Shown here: positions 31,416 through 41,573 of the stretch, piece after piece
Position numbering within the stretch: the first letter of the stretch is position 1
Layout: every line of letters begins with the position of its first letter
Assembly (NCBI GenBank): GCA_965644315.1
Contig: CBFFRQ010000030.1
Location: 62,001 to 126,000, forward strand
Length of the DNA stretch: 64,000 bases
Reading direction: 5' to 3'
DNA from: Caecitellus pseudoparvulus
Lineage: Eukaryota > Protista > Bigyra: Bicosoecida
Program-made: the position numbers and the translations under genes
Notes under the pieces: generated by a model
Told to the model about the DNA's origin: nothing
Databases searched by the model: none
What the model saw: the letters and a program-made list of their open reading frames with translations, nothing else

Positions 31416-34103
31416 ATGCCCATAAAAGAAGAGCTAAAAGGACCCGTTTTGAGGCAATGCGTGGCGTGTGGTACTCCGCGCGCTCTGCACTTCCTTCTCG
31501 GGGTGTGCCTGGCTCTGCTGCACTCCGCCAGATTCACACACGGCGAAGAAACTGAGCCAACAACGACTAGACCGCAAAATGAGCATGTTCTACCCACTGA
31601 CAAGACGTACCACACACTTGGTAGCCGAAAGTTGACAACTTGGAGCACCCCAACGGTTCCAAGAGGATTGGCTGCCGGTTTTGACCCGTGCGCGGCGTCA
31701 CACCCTATGGTCGAAGGGGAAAGCCATTCGTGCTGCATCGGCACTGACAGGCGGGCCTGGTGCAAAGGGAGCAACGAGTACCTTCAAACGCTTGGAGCTG
31801 AAGGAGAGACGCAGCTTGACTATGCACACGTTGAAGGCCTGCCGCCTGGCAACGTCACTCACATCGTCGCCGGGCTCAGGTTCTCTTGTGCGTACATGGC
31901 ACACGCTGAGCTGTACTGCTGGGGCGATGACACGCATGGGCAAATATCCCTTGTCCCCTCAACTTCTGGTCAAGTGAGTAGGCCAACAACCTTGGTCTTT
32001 GACGATCTGCCAGCCGCGTCCAAGCTGGTTGCAGGGAACACACACCTGTGCGCTTTGTTTGACATGGGTGAATTTGAAGGTTGGTTGAATTGCTGGGGGC
32101 GCCCAACTGACGAATGTGGATCCATGTATGAGTTGCCAGGAAGTTCCTCCACCTCAATTATGTCCTCTTTCTCAACCTTAGAGTCCCTAGCTCTTGTCGA
32201 AGGCGAGTTCGAAGCCCTGGACGTCTGCGCATTTGGGGGAACCACCTGTGCACTGCTAGTCATCTTAGACGAAGTTTGGGTTGTGTGCGGAGGGGGCATT
32301 CGGGGCGGTGTTGTCACGAGCTTGAACGTGACAGCCTCCCCACTGACAGGCTTGGAGCGACTGACCTGTGGCGGGGACGTGTGCGTTGAGCACAGCCCGC
32401 TGGCCGAATGCTGGACAGTGCCAGACTGCAAAGCGACGACTTCGCCAACGCCTTCCATGTCTCCGGCAAGCTCTCTTTCCCCTTCAGGCACACCAACGGC
32501 CTCCCTGTCTGTAGCCTCAACAGCTGCAACGATACTGTCCTCGTCGTTACCCCCAATGCCAAGTGCCTTTGCGACCCAGACCACAACAGCAAGTGTCTCA
32601 ACGTCTGCACAGATGGCACAAACTAAAACACCGAATTCCACAACATCGACTACTTTACTTCCGACTTCTACCGCACTCGTGTCCAGAACGCCAAGTGCCA
32701 CCCCAAGTGTATCAGCCAATTCGACCTTCCCGACCACGGTCAGCTCTTCACCAACGCCATCAGCAAGTGCTTTTCCGAGTGCCTCGCCAACAGCACCCAC
32801 GACACCCACAATCGCACCCACTTCATTCTCAACACCTACGGGCTCACCCTCGTCCACTGTATCCACGACGCCCACTGGCTCTTCCTCTCCCACTGCATCC
32901 ACCACACCCACTTCCTCGCCAACTACGTCTGCGACTTCGGCCATCGTTCCTCCAACACCATTCTCTACCACACCCACCATCCCACCTTCTCCAAGCACTG
33001 CGCCATCCTCCCCTCCCAGCCCCGACCCAACATCAACCTCCACGCCACAGCCCACCATCCACGCAACACAGCCCAACTCCACCCTCACCGATACAAACAA
33101 CCAGGTGCCCCCCTCCGACACAGACCAGTCGACATCCGGCGGCAACGCCACAGCTCCACCCCCCACATCCGACACACAGCCCGCCCCCTTCACACACGCC
33201 ATGGCCGTCCCCGGCACACCTGCATTCTACACACTCATCGGCGCCGCCCTCGCACTGGCCCTCCTCGCCGCTGTGGCCTTGACACTACTCAGACGGTACA
33301 GGCGCCGCCACCCGCCCTCAGCCATATCCCCCTCACACCGCCTGCAGCACTCACACAGCAAGCGCCACATCAAAGGCATCAACCCCATGCACACACCGCG
33401 CACAGGCACCAGCGCCCTGCGTGCTGACCAGTCCGCAGTGCGGCCACTCCCCCGTGCCCTGTCCCTGTCGTCGGACCTGCAGCTGCTGCCGGGGCACCGG
33501 GCCTCCATCATTGGCGACGCCACAGTGGCCATGCACGTGCTGGCAGCAAATGGCCACGCACAGCAGCACGATGCCAAGGCTGCACCCGGATCACGTGTCG
33601 CAGCAGGCACAGCCACCACCCCCACTGCCCTCAACGGCCGCCTCGTGGCCGGTGCACATGCCAGCGGGCAGCGGGCTGGCACAGCGACTGTTGCACGGGA
33701 AGCAGGACGAGCGGCCAACCGCCACCTGTCCATGGCCCGTGCGGCACATGTGCGGTCCCTGCTCACCCGGTACGATGACGGCCGCTCCTCGCCTGGCAAG
33801 GCCCGCCCCACGACAGCCAAGCGGGCCCAGCGCCGGCGCTTCTCCACACACACAGTGCGGCGGCAAGCCAGCGGGATCCACGAGCCGGCGCTCAACGCTG
33901 GCGACGTGTCTCGTGGCTATGCAGCGGTGCACATGGCGGGGACAGTGCAAGTGGTCACCTCACAACAGGGTAGTCTGGCGGGCACACGTCAAGGTGCACC
34001 GAGGGCACAGTCTGCTGTGCGCGGTGTGGTGCAGGGGCTGGGCTGGGCCCGTGCACAGCAGGCACGGTCACGTCGGCGTCAGAGGGGTGGACGGGGGACG
34101 TGA
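31416..34103 (+). CDS. RCC1-like-repeat, mucin-stalk type I membrane protein, paralog A
   Basis: First in-frame ATG at 31416; signal-like LHFLLGVCLALL; repeats GESHSCC..AWCKG, AGLRFSCA..LYCWGDD, AGNTHLCA..NCWG; S/T/P stalk; TM FYTLIGAALALALLAAVALTLL followed by RR. Confidence 0.8.
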   Translation: MPIKEELKGPVLRQCVACGTPRALHFLLGVCLALLHSARFTHGEETEPTTTRPQNEHVLPTDKTYHTLGSRKLTTWSTPTVPRGLAAGFDPCAASHPMVEGESHSCCIGTDRRAWCKGSNEYLQTLGAEGETQLDYAHVEGLPPGNVTHIVAGLRFSCAYMAHAELYCWGDDTHGQISLVPSTSGQVSRPTTLVFDDLPAASKLVAGNTHLCALFDMGEFEGWLNCWGRPTDECGSMYELPGSSSTSIMSSFSTLESLALVEGEFEALDVCAFGGTTCALLVILDEVWVVCGGGIRGGVVTSLNVTASPLTGLERLTCGGDVCVEHSPLAECWTVPDCKATTSPTPSMSPASSLSPSGTPTASLSVASTAATILSSSLPPMPSAFATQTTTASVSTSAQMAQTKTPNSTTSTTLLPTSTALVSRTPSATPSVSANSTFPTTVSSSPTPSASAFPSASPTAPTTPTIAPTSFSTPTGSPSSTVSTTPTGSSSPTASTTPTSSPTTSATSAIVPPTPFSTTPTIPPSPSTAPSSPPSPDPTSTSTPQPTIHATQPNSTLTDTNNQVPPSDTDQSTSGGNATAPPPTSDTQPAPFTHAMAVPGTPAFYTLIGAALALALLAAVALTLLRRYRRRHPPSAISPSHRLQHSHSKRHIKGINPMHTPRTGTSALRADQSAVRPLPRALSLSSDLQLLPGHRASIIGDATVAMHVLAANGHAQQHDAKAAPGSRVAAGTATTPTALNGRLVAGAHASGQRAGTATVAREAGRAANRHLSMARAAHVRSLLTRYDDGRSSPGKARPTTAKRAQRRRFSTHTVRRQASGIHEPALNAGDVSRGYAAVHMAGTVQVVTSQQGSLAGTRQGAPRAQSAVRGVVQGLGWARAQQARSRRRQRGGRGT

Positions 34104-34120
34104 TGACGGTCGCGAGCGTG

Positions 34121-34195
34121 CTACATGACTTTCCAGAAGCGTTGTTGTGCTTGGACGGAGATGGTGAGGGCGTGCATGAACTCTGGCTGGGGAGG
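34121..34195 (-). pseudogene. Duplicated 3' stub of the LRR gene (PQPEFMHALTISVQAQQRFWKVM*)
   Basis: Near-identical to 41574-41648, the end of the LRR gene. Confidence 0.75.
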
Positions 34196-34596
34196 CAATG
34201 CTTGAGAGAGTCGCGCACATCCATTGTTTGCTTGATGCATGGAAGTTGTTGAATGCTTGGTTTCCCTTGTTGTTGTGTGTTCTATTTCTGCACCCGGGTG
34301 AGGCGACAGTGGGGCTGAGGTAGGGCGTGCTGCGTGCCAGCACGTTTGTGACTCCAGCGAAACTTCAATGCAACGCCATCGCAAAATCTGACTCATCCTC
34401 AGATCTTCAGTCAAAGTGTAAGAAAACCACGCTGTATGGTGTCAAAAGAGTTCCCCGCCACTTGCTGCTATCATCTTGCTTGCATTCGCTGTGGCTCAAC
34501 TTCGCAGATTCCGCAAGTCCCGCAAGCACCAGCCCGGACAACGCCACGAGGAAAGTTTCCAAGTTGAGCGACTGGGTGGGCTTTCTACACTTGAAA

Positions 34597-37500
34597 ATGA
34601 CGTCCAAGTCTGCACAGTTGCTTCACCGCACCAGCCGTGGCAGGTCAGACGCGGTGCAGCTGCTGTTGTTGGTATGCCTCCTGCTTCAGGCTTCTGACAG
34701 CCTGGCCTTCCGTGACACAAACAGCTCAAACAAGCATGATGCACACATGACCCATACATACCTTGTATCAACTACAGCAGCGTCACGTGGGACTGATTCA
34801 TCTGGCTCTTGGGGCGCCCCCAGGGCTCTGGCTCCACTCAGCCCATGCTCACCCTCGCTTGACGTGGCTGCGGGGACGAGCCATGCGTGCTGTATCGGGA
34901 CTGATGAGCGTGCCTGGTGCAGAGGTGCGAACTCGTACTTCCAAAGTCTTGGTGAGGGGGGAGGCTGCAATGACACGTTCAGCAAAGTTCGCCACTTGCC
35001 GGCCATCGAAGTGACCTCCATCGCTGTGGGGAGCAAGCACTCCTGTGCTGTAGTGGTAGGTGAGGGTGTGTACTGCTGGGGCGACGATACCTTTGGCCAG
35101 ATTTCCTCCACACCTTCAACCACTGGCCAAGTGAGTAGGGAAACAGATCTTGCGCTGAGCACTTCGGACACAATCGAAAAGGTGGTCACTGGAAACTCGC
35201 ACACGTGCTTCATCTACGGGTTTAGCGGGCTGTTTAATGGTGTCAGATGCTGGGGACAACCGTCAAACGACTGTGGAACTGCGTTTGCAAAGCTTGGAAC
35301 AGCGTCAGACTCAGAACCACCAAGATTCATCGAGGAGGTAGAGCCATCACTTGCGGGGGTACCCATGATCCCGATCGACATCTGCGCCTTCGGAGCACAC
35401 ACATGTGTACTCTTGATTGAAACCAACACGTTGTGGACTGTTTGCGGTGGGGGGGGATTCGAACTCAGTGAAAGCGTTCCTCTTGGAACATCCTCAACGT
35501 ATTTCACCGGAGATGAAAAGCTCTCTTGCTCAACATCAGTGTGTCTTGAGAACAGCCCTTTCGGAAAGTGCTGGCCAGTCAGCGAATGTCCAATCCTTCC
35601 AAGCTCTGGCCCGATTGCCGCTTACTGTCCACCATCGCCCTCCCCAACTCCAACTTCTGGACCTTCGACAACACCATCAGCTACACCGTTGACAACGCAA
35701 ACAGCCTGGCCCTCCCCATCCACGACAACCACGGCATCAGGTCCAGCGTCACCCTCCACATCGCCTACTGCGTCTACAACAACCACGGCATCAGGTCCAG
35801 CGACGCCATCCACATCGCCTACTGCGTCTACAACAACCACGGCATCAGGTCCAGCGACGCCATCCACATCGCCTACTGCGTCTACAACAACCACGGCATC
35901 AGGTCCAGCGTCACCCTCCACATCGCCTACTGCGTCTACAACAACCACGGCATCAGGTCCAGCGTCACCCTCCACATCGCCTACTGCGTCTACAACAACC
36001 ACGGCATCAGGTCCAGCGACGCCATCCACATCGCCGACAGCGTCTACGACAACCACGGCATCAGGTCCAGCGACGCCATCCACATCGCCGACGGCGTCTA
36101 CAACAACCACGGCATCAGGTCCAGCGACGCCATCCACATCGCCGACGGCGTCTACGACAACCACAGGCTCGCTGTCGCCGACTACATCCACAACACCCAC
36201 AAGCTCGGCCTCGCCCACTGCATCCACGACGCCCACTGGCTCACCCTCGCCTACTGGCTCACCCTCGCCCACTGCATCCATCACGCCCACTGGCTCACCG
36301 TCACCCACTGCATCCATCACGCCCACTGGTACACCCTCGCCCACTGCATCTACCACGCCCACTGGATCACCCTCGCCCACTGCATCCAGCACGCCCACTG
36401 GCTCACCGTCGCCCTCTGCATCCAGTACGCCCACTGGTACACCCTCACCCACTGCATCCACTACGCCCACTGGCTCACCATCGCCCACTGCATCTACAAT
36501 ACTGACTGGTAAACTGTCGCCCACTGCATCTACAATACTGACTGGGTCACCGCTGCCCTCTGCATCCACGATGCCCACTGGCTCACCGTCACCCTCTGCA
36601 TCCACGACGCCCACTGAGGCGCCCTCGCCCACTGCATCCAGTACGCCCACTGGCTCGCCCTCACCCACTGCATCCACCACGCCCACTGGCTCACCGTCAC
36701 CCTCTGCATCTACCACGCTCACTGGCTCACCGTCGCCCACTGCATCCACGACGCCCACTGGCTCGCCCTCACCCACTGCATCCACGACGCCCACTGGCTC
36801 ACCGTCGCCCTCTGCATCTACCACGCTCACTGGCTCACCCTCGCCCACTTCATCCACCACGCCCACTGGATCACCCTCGCCCACTGCATCCACGACGCCC
36901 ACTGGCTCGCCCTCACCCACTGCATCCACCACGCCCACTGGCTCACCGTCGCCCTCTGCATCTACCACGCTCACTGGCTCACCCTCGCCCACTTCATCCA
37001 CCACGCCCACTGGATCACCCTCGCCCACTGCATCCACGACGCCCACTGGCTCACCGTCGCCCTCTGCATCCAGTACGCCCACTGGCTCACCCTCGCCCAC
37101 TGCATCTACCACGCCCACTGGCTCACCGTCGCCCTCTGCATCCACGACGCCCACTGGCTCACCCTCGCCCACTGCATCCACGACGCCCACTGGCTCACCG
37201 TCGCCCTCTGCATCTACCACGCTCACTGGCTCACCCTCGCCCACTTCATCCACCACGCCCACTGGCTCACCCTCGCCCACTGCATCTACCACGCCCACTG
37301 GCTCACCGTCGCCCACTGCATCCACGACGCCCACTGGATCACCGTCACCCACTGCATCCACGACTTCAACCATATCACCAACCACTTCATTTTCAGCCCC
37401 ACCCACTGGTACACCGTCACCCAGCACTGCACCGTCCACATCTCCCAGCTCAGGCCCCACATCACCACCCACCTCACAACCCAACTCCACACTCATCGAC

Positions 37501-38511
37501 ACAAGCCGCCAGGCCCCTCCCTCCGACAAGGAACAGTCGACTTCCGGCGGCAACGGCACAGCTCCACTCCCCACACCTGACAAACAGCCCGCCCCCTTCG
37601 CTCACGCCATGGCCGTCCCAGGCACACCTGCGTTCTACACACTCATCGGTGCCATCCTCGCACTGGCCCTCCTCGCCGCTGCGGCCCTAACCCTGCTCAG
37701 ACGACACAGGCGCCGCCATCTGCCTTCCGCAACACACACGCGCCGCCTGCAGCACTCACACAGCAAGCGCCACATCAAGGGCATCAACCCCATGCACACA
37801 CCGCGCACAGGCACCAGCGCCCTGCGTGCTGACCAGTCCGCAGTGCGGCCACTCCCCCGCGCCCTGTCCCTGTCGTCAGACCTGCAGCTGCTGCCGGGGC
37901 ACCGGGCCTCCATCATTGGCGACGCCACGGTGGCCATGCACGTGCTGGCAGCAGATGGCCACGCACAGCAGCACGACGCCAAGGCTGCACCCGGATCACG
38001 TGTCGCGGCAGGCACAGGCGCAGCACCCACTGCTCTCAGCGGCCGCTTCGTGGCTGGTGCACATGCCAGCGGGCAGCGGGCTGGCACAGCGACTGTTGCA
38101 CGGGAAGCAGGACGAGCGGCCAACCGCCACCTGTCCATGGCCCGTGCGGCACATGTGCGCTCCCTGCTCACTCGCTATGATGACGGCCGCTCCACGCCTG
38201 GCAGGGCCCGCCCCACGACAGCCAAGCGGGCCCAGCGCCGGCGCTTCTCCACCCACACAGTGCGGCGGCAAGCCAGCGGGATCCACGAGCCGGCGCTCAA
38301 CGCTGGTGATGTGTCTCGTGGCTATGCAGCGGTGCACATGGCGCTGCCAGCGCCAGAGGTCACCTCACAGCAGGGTAGTCTGGCGGGCACTCGCCGGGGT
38401 GCGCCAAGGGCACAGTCTGCTGTGCGCGGTGTGGTGCAGGGGCTGGGCTGGGCCCGTGCACAGCAGGCACGGTCACGTCGGCGTCAGAGGGGGGGACGGG
38501 GCATGTCATGA
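34597..38511 (+). CDS. RCC1-like-repeat, mucin-stalk type I membrane protein, paralog B (longest stalk)
   Basis: Signal-like QLLLLVCLLLQA; AGTSHACC..AWCRG, VGSKHSCA..VYCWGDD, TGNSHTC..RCWG; tandem-repeat stalk; same TM and tail as paralogs A and C. Confidence 0.82.
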   Translation: MTSKSAQLLHRTSRGRSDAVQLLLLVCLLLQASDSLAFRDTNSSNKHDAHMTHTYLVSTTAASRGTDSSGSWGAPRALAPLSPCSPSLDVAAGTSHACCIGTDERAWCRGANSYFQSLGEGGGCNDTFSKVRHLPAIEVTSIAVGSKHSCAVVVGEGVYCWGDDTFGQISSTPSTTGQVSRETDLALSTSDTIEKVVTGNSHTCFIYGFSGLFNGVRCWGQPSNDCGTAFAKLGTASDSEPPRFIEEVEPSLAGVPMIPIDICAFGAHTCVLLIETNTLWTVCGGGGFELSESVPLGTSSTYFTGDEKLSCSTSVCLENSPFGKCWPVSECPILPSSGPIAAYCPPSPSPTPTSGPSTTPSATPLTTQTAWPSPSTTTTASGPASPSTSPTASTTTTASGPATPSTSPTASTTTTASGPATPSTSPTASTTTTASGPASPSTSPTASTTTTASGPASPSTSPTASTTTTASGPATPSTSPTASTTTTASGPATPSTSPTASTTTTASGPATPSTSPTASTTTTGSLSPTTSTTPTSSASPTASTTPTGSPSPTGSPSPTASITPTGSPSPTASITPTGTPSPTASTTPTGSPSPTASSTPTGSPSPSASSTPTGTPSPTASTTPTGSPSPTASTILTGKLSPTASTILTGSPLPSASTMPTGSPSPSASTTPTEAPSPTASSTPTGSPSPTASTTPTGSPSPSASTTLTGSPSPTASTTPTGSPSPTASTTPTGSPSPSASTTLTGSPSPTSSTTPTGSPSPTASTTPTGSPSPTASTTPTGSPSPSASTTLTGSPSPTSSTTPTGSPSPTASTTPTGSPSPSASSTPTGSPSPTASTTPTGSPSPSASTTPTGSPSPTASTTPTGSPSPSASTTLTGSPSPTSSTTPTGSPSPTASTTPTGSPSPTASTTPTGSPSPTASTTSTISPTTSFSAPPTGTPSPSTAPSTSPSSGPTSPPTSQPNSTLIDTSRQAPPSDKEQSTSGGNGTAPLPTPDKQPAPFAHAMAVPGTPAFYTLIGAILALALLAAAALTLLRRHRRRHLPSATHTRRLQHSHSKRHIKGINPMHTPRTGTSALRADQSAVRPLPRALSLSSDLQLLPGHRASIIGDATVAMHVLAADGHAQQHDAKAAPGSRVAAGTGAAPTALSGRFVAGAHASGQRAGTATVAREAGRAANRHLSMARAAHVRSLLTRYDDGRSTPGRARPTTAKRAQRRRFSTHTVRRQASGIHEPALNAGDVSRGYAAVHMALPAPEVTSQQGSLAGTRRGAPRAQSAVRGVVQGLGWARAQQARSRRRQRGGRGMS
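35722..36153 (+). repeat. Coding minisatellite, 8 x 54 nt (TTTTASGPA[S/T]PSTSPTAS)
   Basis: Unit ACAACAACCACGGCATCAGGTCCAGCG...ACTGCGTCT is directly visible. Confidence 0.92.
36190..37359 (+). repeat. Coding minisatellite, about 32 x 36 nt (TTPTGSPSPTAS)
   Basis: Unit ACGACGCCCACTGGCTCACCCTCGCCCACTGCATCC with variants. Confidence 0.92.
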
Positions 38512-38525
38512 CGTGCGTGTGCGTG

Positions 38526-38600
38526 CTACATGACTTTCCAGAAGCGTCGTTGGGCTCGGACGGAGATGGTGAGGGCGTGCATGAACTCTGGCTGGGGAGG
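38526..38600 (-). pseudogene. Second duplicated 3' stub of the LRR gene
   Basis: Near-identical to 41574-41648, with two Q>R changes (VRAQRR). Confidence 0.75.
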
Positions 38601-39003
38601 CAATACTTGAAATTGTGGCGCACAACTAGTTTTTGTTTGATGCATGGATACGGTGTAAGGTTTGATTTACTTCGTTGCAGTACGTTCCTTTTTTTTACCC
38701 AGACCAGGCGAGGTTGATGCTCAGGGTGTAAAGGCTGCATGCCAGTCCGTTTGTGACTCCGTCTAAACTGCAATACAACGTTGTAGCCAAATCCGTCTCA
38801 TCCTCAATACTGCTGTCATGTCCCGAAAAAGGCATATTTAGCGATGTCAAGCAGCTTTCCTGTGGTTTTCTACTGCACTTCTTTCTTGGTTTTGTTGTGG
38901 CTCACCATCGCAGATTCCGCAAGACCCGCACACACCAGCTCCGACAACGCCACAACCATAGTCTCCCAGCTGAGCACCCAAACGGGCATTCCACGCTTGT
39001 CCA

Positions 39004-41559
39004 ATGGAGTCCAAGTCTACACAGCTGGCTCACTGCTCCAACCGTGCAAGCCCAGACGCGGTGAAGCGGCTGCTGCTGGCATGCCTTCTTCTGCAGGCTT
39101 TTGAGAGTCCCGCCTTCGGTGACACGGACAGCTCAAACAACCATGGCACACCCATGAAACTCAAACCGCCTGTGCCAACTACGGCAGCGTCGACTGGAAG
39201 TGATTCATCAAGCTACTGGGGTGCCCCCATGGCGCCCAGGGGCCTGGCTCCGCTTAGCCCTTGCTCACCCTCGTTTGACGTTGCTGTGGGGACGAGCCAT
39301 GCCTGTTGCATAGGGACTGATGGGCGTGCCTGGTGCAGAGGCGCGAACTCGTACTTTCAAAGTCTTGGTGAGGGAGGAGGCTGCAATGATACTTTCAACA
39401 CAGTCCACAACTTGCCGTCTTCCGAGGTAACCTCCATTGCTGTGGGCAGTAGGCATTCTTGTGCAGTGGTGCACAGCGAGGGGGTGTACTGCTGGGGCGA
39501 CGATACCTTTGGACAGGTTTCCTCCGTGCCATCAACTTCAGGCCAAGAAAGTCGAGAGACAACTTTTCTGCTGGGCACCACGGACACGATTGATAAGGTC
39601 GCCACCGGAAACTCGCACACGTGCTTCATGTACGGGGCTTCTCCGCCACCACATGGTGTCGTATGCTGGGGGCACCCAACGGATGCTTGCGGAGGCGAGT
39701 TTGATAATCTTCTACATGGGTCAATACTTGAACCAATACTTGAACCTTCGACATTCATTCTGGAAGCGGAGCCTTTGCTAGAAGGGGTCGATGTGGTACC
39801 GATTGACATCTGTGCCTTTGGATCACACACATGTGTGCTGATGAGAGAGGAGACAAAGTTGTGGATAGTATGCGGTGGAGGTGGGTTCAACTTCAGTCAA
39901 ACCGTGCCCCTTGGGGAATCCTCCACCTACTCCACTGGCAATGAGACGATCTCATGCTCAACGTCAGTGTGTCTTGAAAACAGCCCAGTTGCAAAGTGCT
40001 GGGCAGTGGACGGGTGCGCACCTCCGACCAATCCTGCCACAGGTACCCTGTACTGCTCTACATCGCCCTCGGTAACTCCTACATCTTCGACGTCAGCCAC
40101 TGCAAGAGTAACAGCGTCCACGACGCCCACTGGCTCACCCTCGCCCACTGCATCCACCACGCCCACTGGTACACCGTCGCCCTCTGCATCCACCACGCCC
40201 ACTGGCTCACCCTCGCCCACTGCATCCACGACGCCCACTGGCTCACCCTCGCCCACTGCATCCACGACGCCCACTGGCTCACCGTCACCCACTGCATCCA
40301 CCACGCCCACTGGCTCACCCTCGCCCACTGCATCTACCACGCCCACTGGCTCACCGTCGCCCACTGCATCCACCACGCCCACTGGCTCACCGTCACCCAC
40401 TGCATCCACGACTTCAACCATATCACCAACCACTTCATTTTCAGCCCCACCCACTGGTACACCGTCACCCAGCACTGCACCGTCCACATCTCCCAGCTCA
40501 GGCCCCACATCACCACCCACCTCACAACCCAACTCCACACTCATCGACACAAGCCGCCAGGCCCCTCCCTCCGACAAGGAACAGTCGACTTCCGGCGGCA
40601 ACGGCACAGCTCCACTCCCCACACCTGACAAACAGCCCGCCCCCTTCGCTCACGCCATGGCCGTCCCAGGCACACCTGCGTTCTACACACTCATCGGTGC
40701 CATCCTCGCACTGGCCCTTCTCGCCGCTGCGGCCCTAACCCTGCTCAGACGACACAGGCGCCGCCATCTGCCTTCCGCAACACACACGCGCCGCCTGCAG
40801 CACTCACACAGCAAGCGCCACACCAAGGGCATCAACCCCATGCACACACCACACGCCGGCACCAGCGCCCTGCGTGCTGACCAGTCTGCCTTGCGGCCAC
40901 TCCCCCGTGCCCTGTCCCTGTCGTCAGACCTGCAGGTGCTGCCGGGGCACCGGGCCTCCATCATTGGCGACGCCACCGTAGCCATGCACGTGCTGGCAGC
41001 AGATGGCCACGCACAGCAGCATGATGTCAAGGCCGCCCCCGGCTCACGTGTCGCAACAGGCACAGGCGCAGCACCCACTGCACACAGCGGCCGCTTCGTG
41101 GCTGGTGCACATGCCAGCGGGCAGCGGGCTGGCACAGCGACTGTTGCACGGGAAGCAGGGCGGGCGGCCAACCGCCGACTGACCTTGGCCCGTGCGGCAA
41201 ACGTGCGCTCCCTGATCACTCGCTTCAATGGTGGCTGCCCCGCGTCTGGCAGGGCCCGCCCCACGACAGCCAAGCGGGCCCAGCGCCGGCGCTTCTCCAC
41301 ACACACGGTGCGGCGGCAAGCCAGCGGGATCCACGAGCCGGCGCTCAACGCTGGTGATGTGTCTCGTGGCTATGCAGCGGTGCACATGGCGGGGACAGTG
41401 CAAGTGGTCACCTCACAGCAGGGTAGTCTGGCGGGCACTCGCCGGGGTGCGCCAAGGGCACAGTCTGCTGTGCGCGGTGTGGTGCAGGGGCTGGGCTGGG
41501 CCCGTGCACAGCAGGCACGGTCACGTCGGCGTCAGAGGGGTGGACGGGGCATGTCATGA
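39004..41559 (+). CDS. RCC1-like-repeat, mucin-stalk type I membrane protein, paralog C
   Basis: Same architecture. Head is closest to paralog B; juxtamembrane DNA appears identical to paralog B. Confidence 0.85.
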   Translation: MESKSTQLAHCSNRASPDAVKRLLLACLLLQAFESPAFGDTDSSNNHGTPMKLKPPVPTTAASTGSDSSSYWGAPMAPRGLAPLSPCSPSFDVAVGTSHACCIGTDGRAWCRGANSYFQSLGEGGGCNDTFNTVHNLPSSEVTSIAVGSRHSCAVVHSEGVYCWGDDTFGQVSSVPSTSGQESRETTFLLGTTDTIDKVATGNSHTCFMYGASPPPHGVVCWGHPTDACGGEFDNLLHGSILEPILEPSTFILEAEPLLEGVDVVPIDICAFGSHTCVLMREETKLWIVCGGGGFNFSQTVPLGESSTYSTGNETISCSTSVCLENSPVAKCWAVDGCAPPTNPATGTLYCSTSPSVTPTSSTSATARVTASTTPTGSPSPTASTTPTGTPSPSASTTPTGSPSPTASTTPTGSPSPTASTTPTGSPSPTASTTPTGSPSPTASTTPTGSPSPTASTTPTGSPSPTASTTSTISPTTSFSAPPTGTPSPSTAPSTSPSSGPTSPPTSQPNSTLIDTSRQAPPSDKEQSTSGGNGTAPLPTPDKQPAPFAHAMAVPGTPAFYTLIGAILALALLAAAALTLLRRHRRRHLPSATHTRRLQHSHSKRHTKGINPMHTPHAGTSALRADQSALRPLPRALSLSSDLQVLPGHRASIIGDATVAMHVLAADGHAQQHDVKAAPGSRVATGTGAAPTAHSGRFVAGAHASGQRAGTATVAREAGRAANRRLTLARAANVRSLITRFNGGCPASGRARPTTAKRAQRRRFSTHTVRRQASGIHEPALNAGDVSRGYAAVHMAGTVQVVTSQQGSLAGTRRGAPRAQSAVRGVVQGLGWARAQQARSRRRQRGGRGMS
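40120..40407 (+). repeat. Coding minisatellite, 8 x 36 nt (TTPTGSPSPTAS)
   Basis: Same unit as in paralog B. Confidence 0.92.
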
Positions 41560-41573
41560 CGTGAGCGAGCGTG

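Noticed and set aside
35722-37359. CRISPR-like regular repeats
   Set aside because: Head-to-tail units with no unique spacers, in frame within a CDS, and no cas genes.
35568-37583. 653-aa antisense ORF and His-rich alternative-frame ORF over the stalk repeats (also 31970-33217 and 39927-40631)
   Set aside because: Shadows of stop-free 3n tandem repeats; no independent domain signal.
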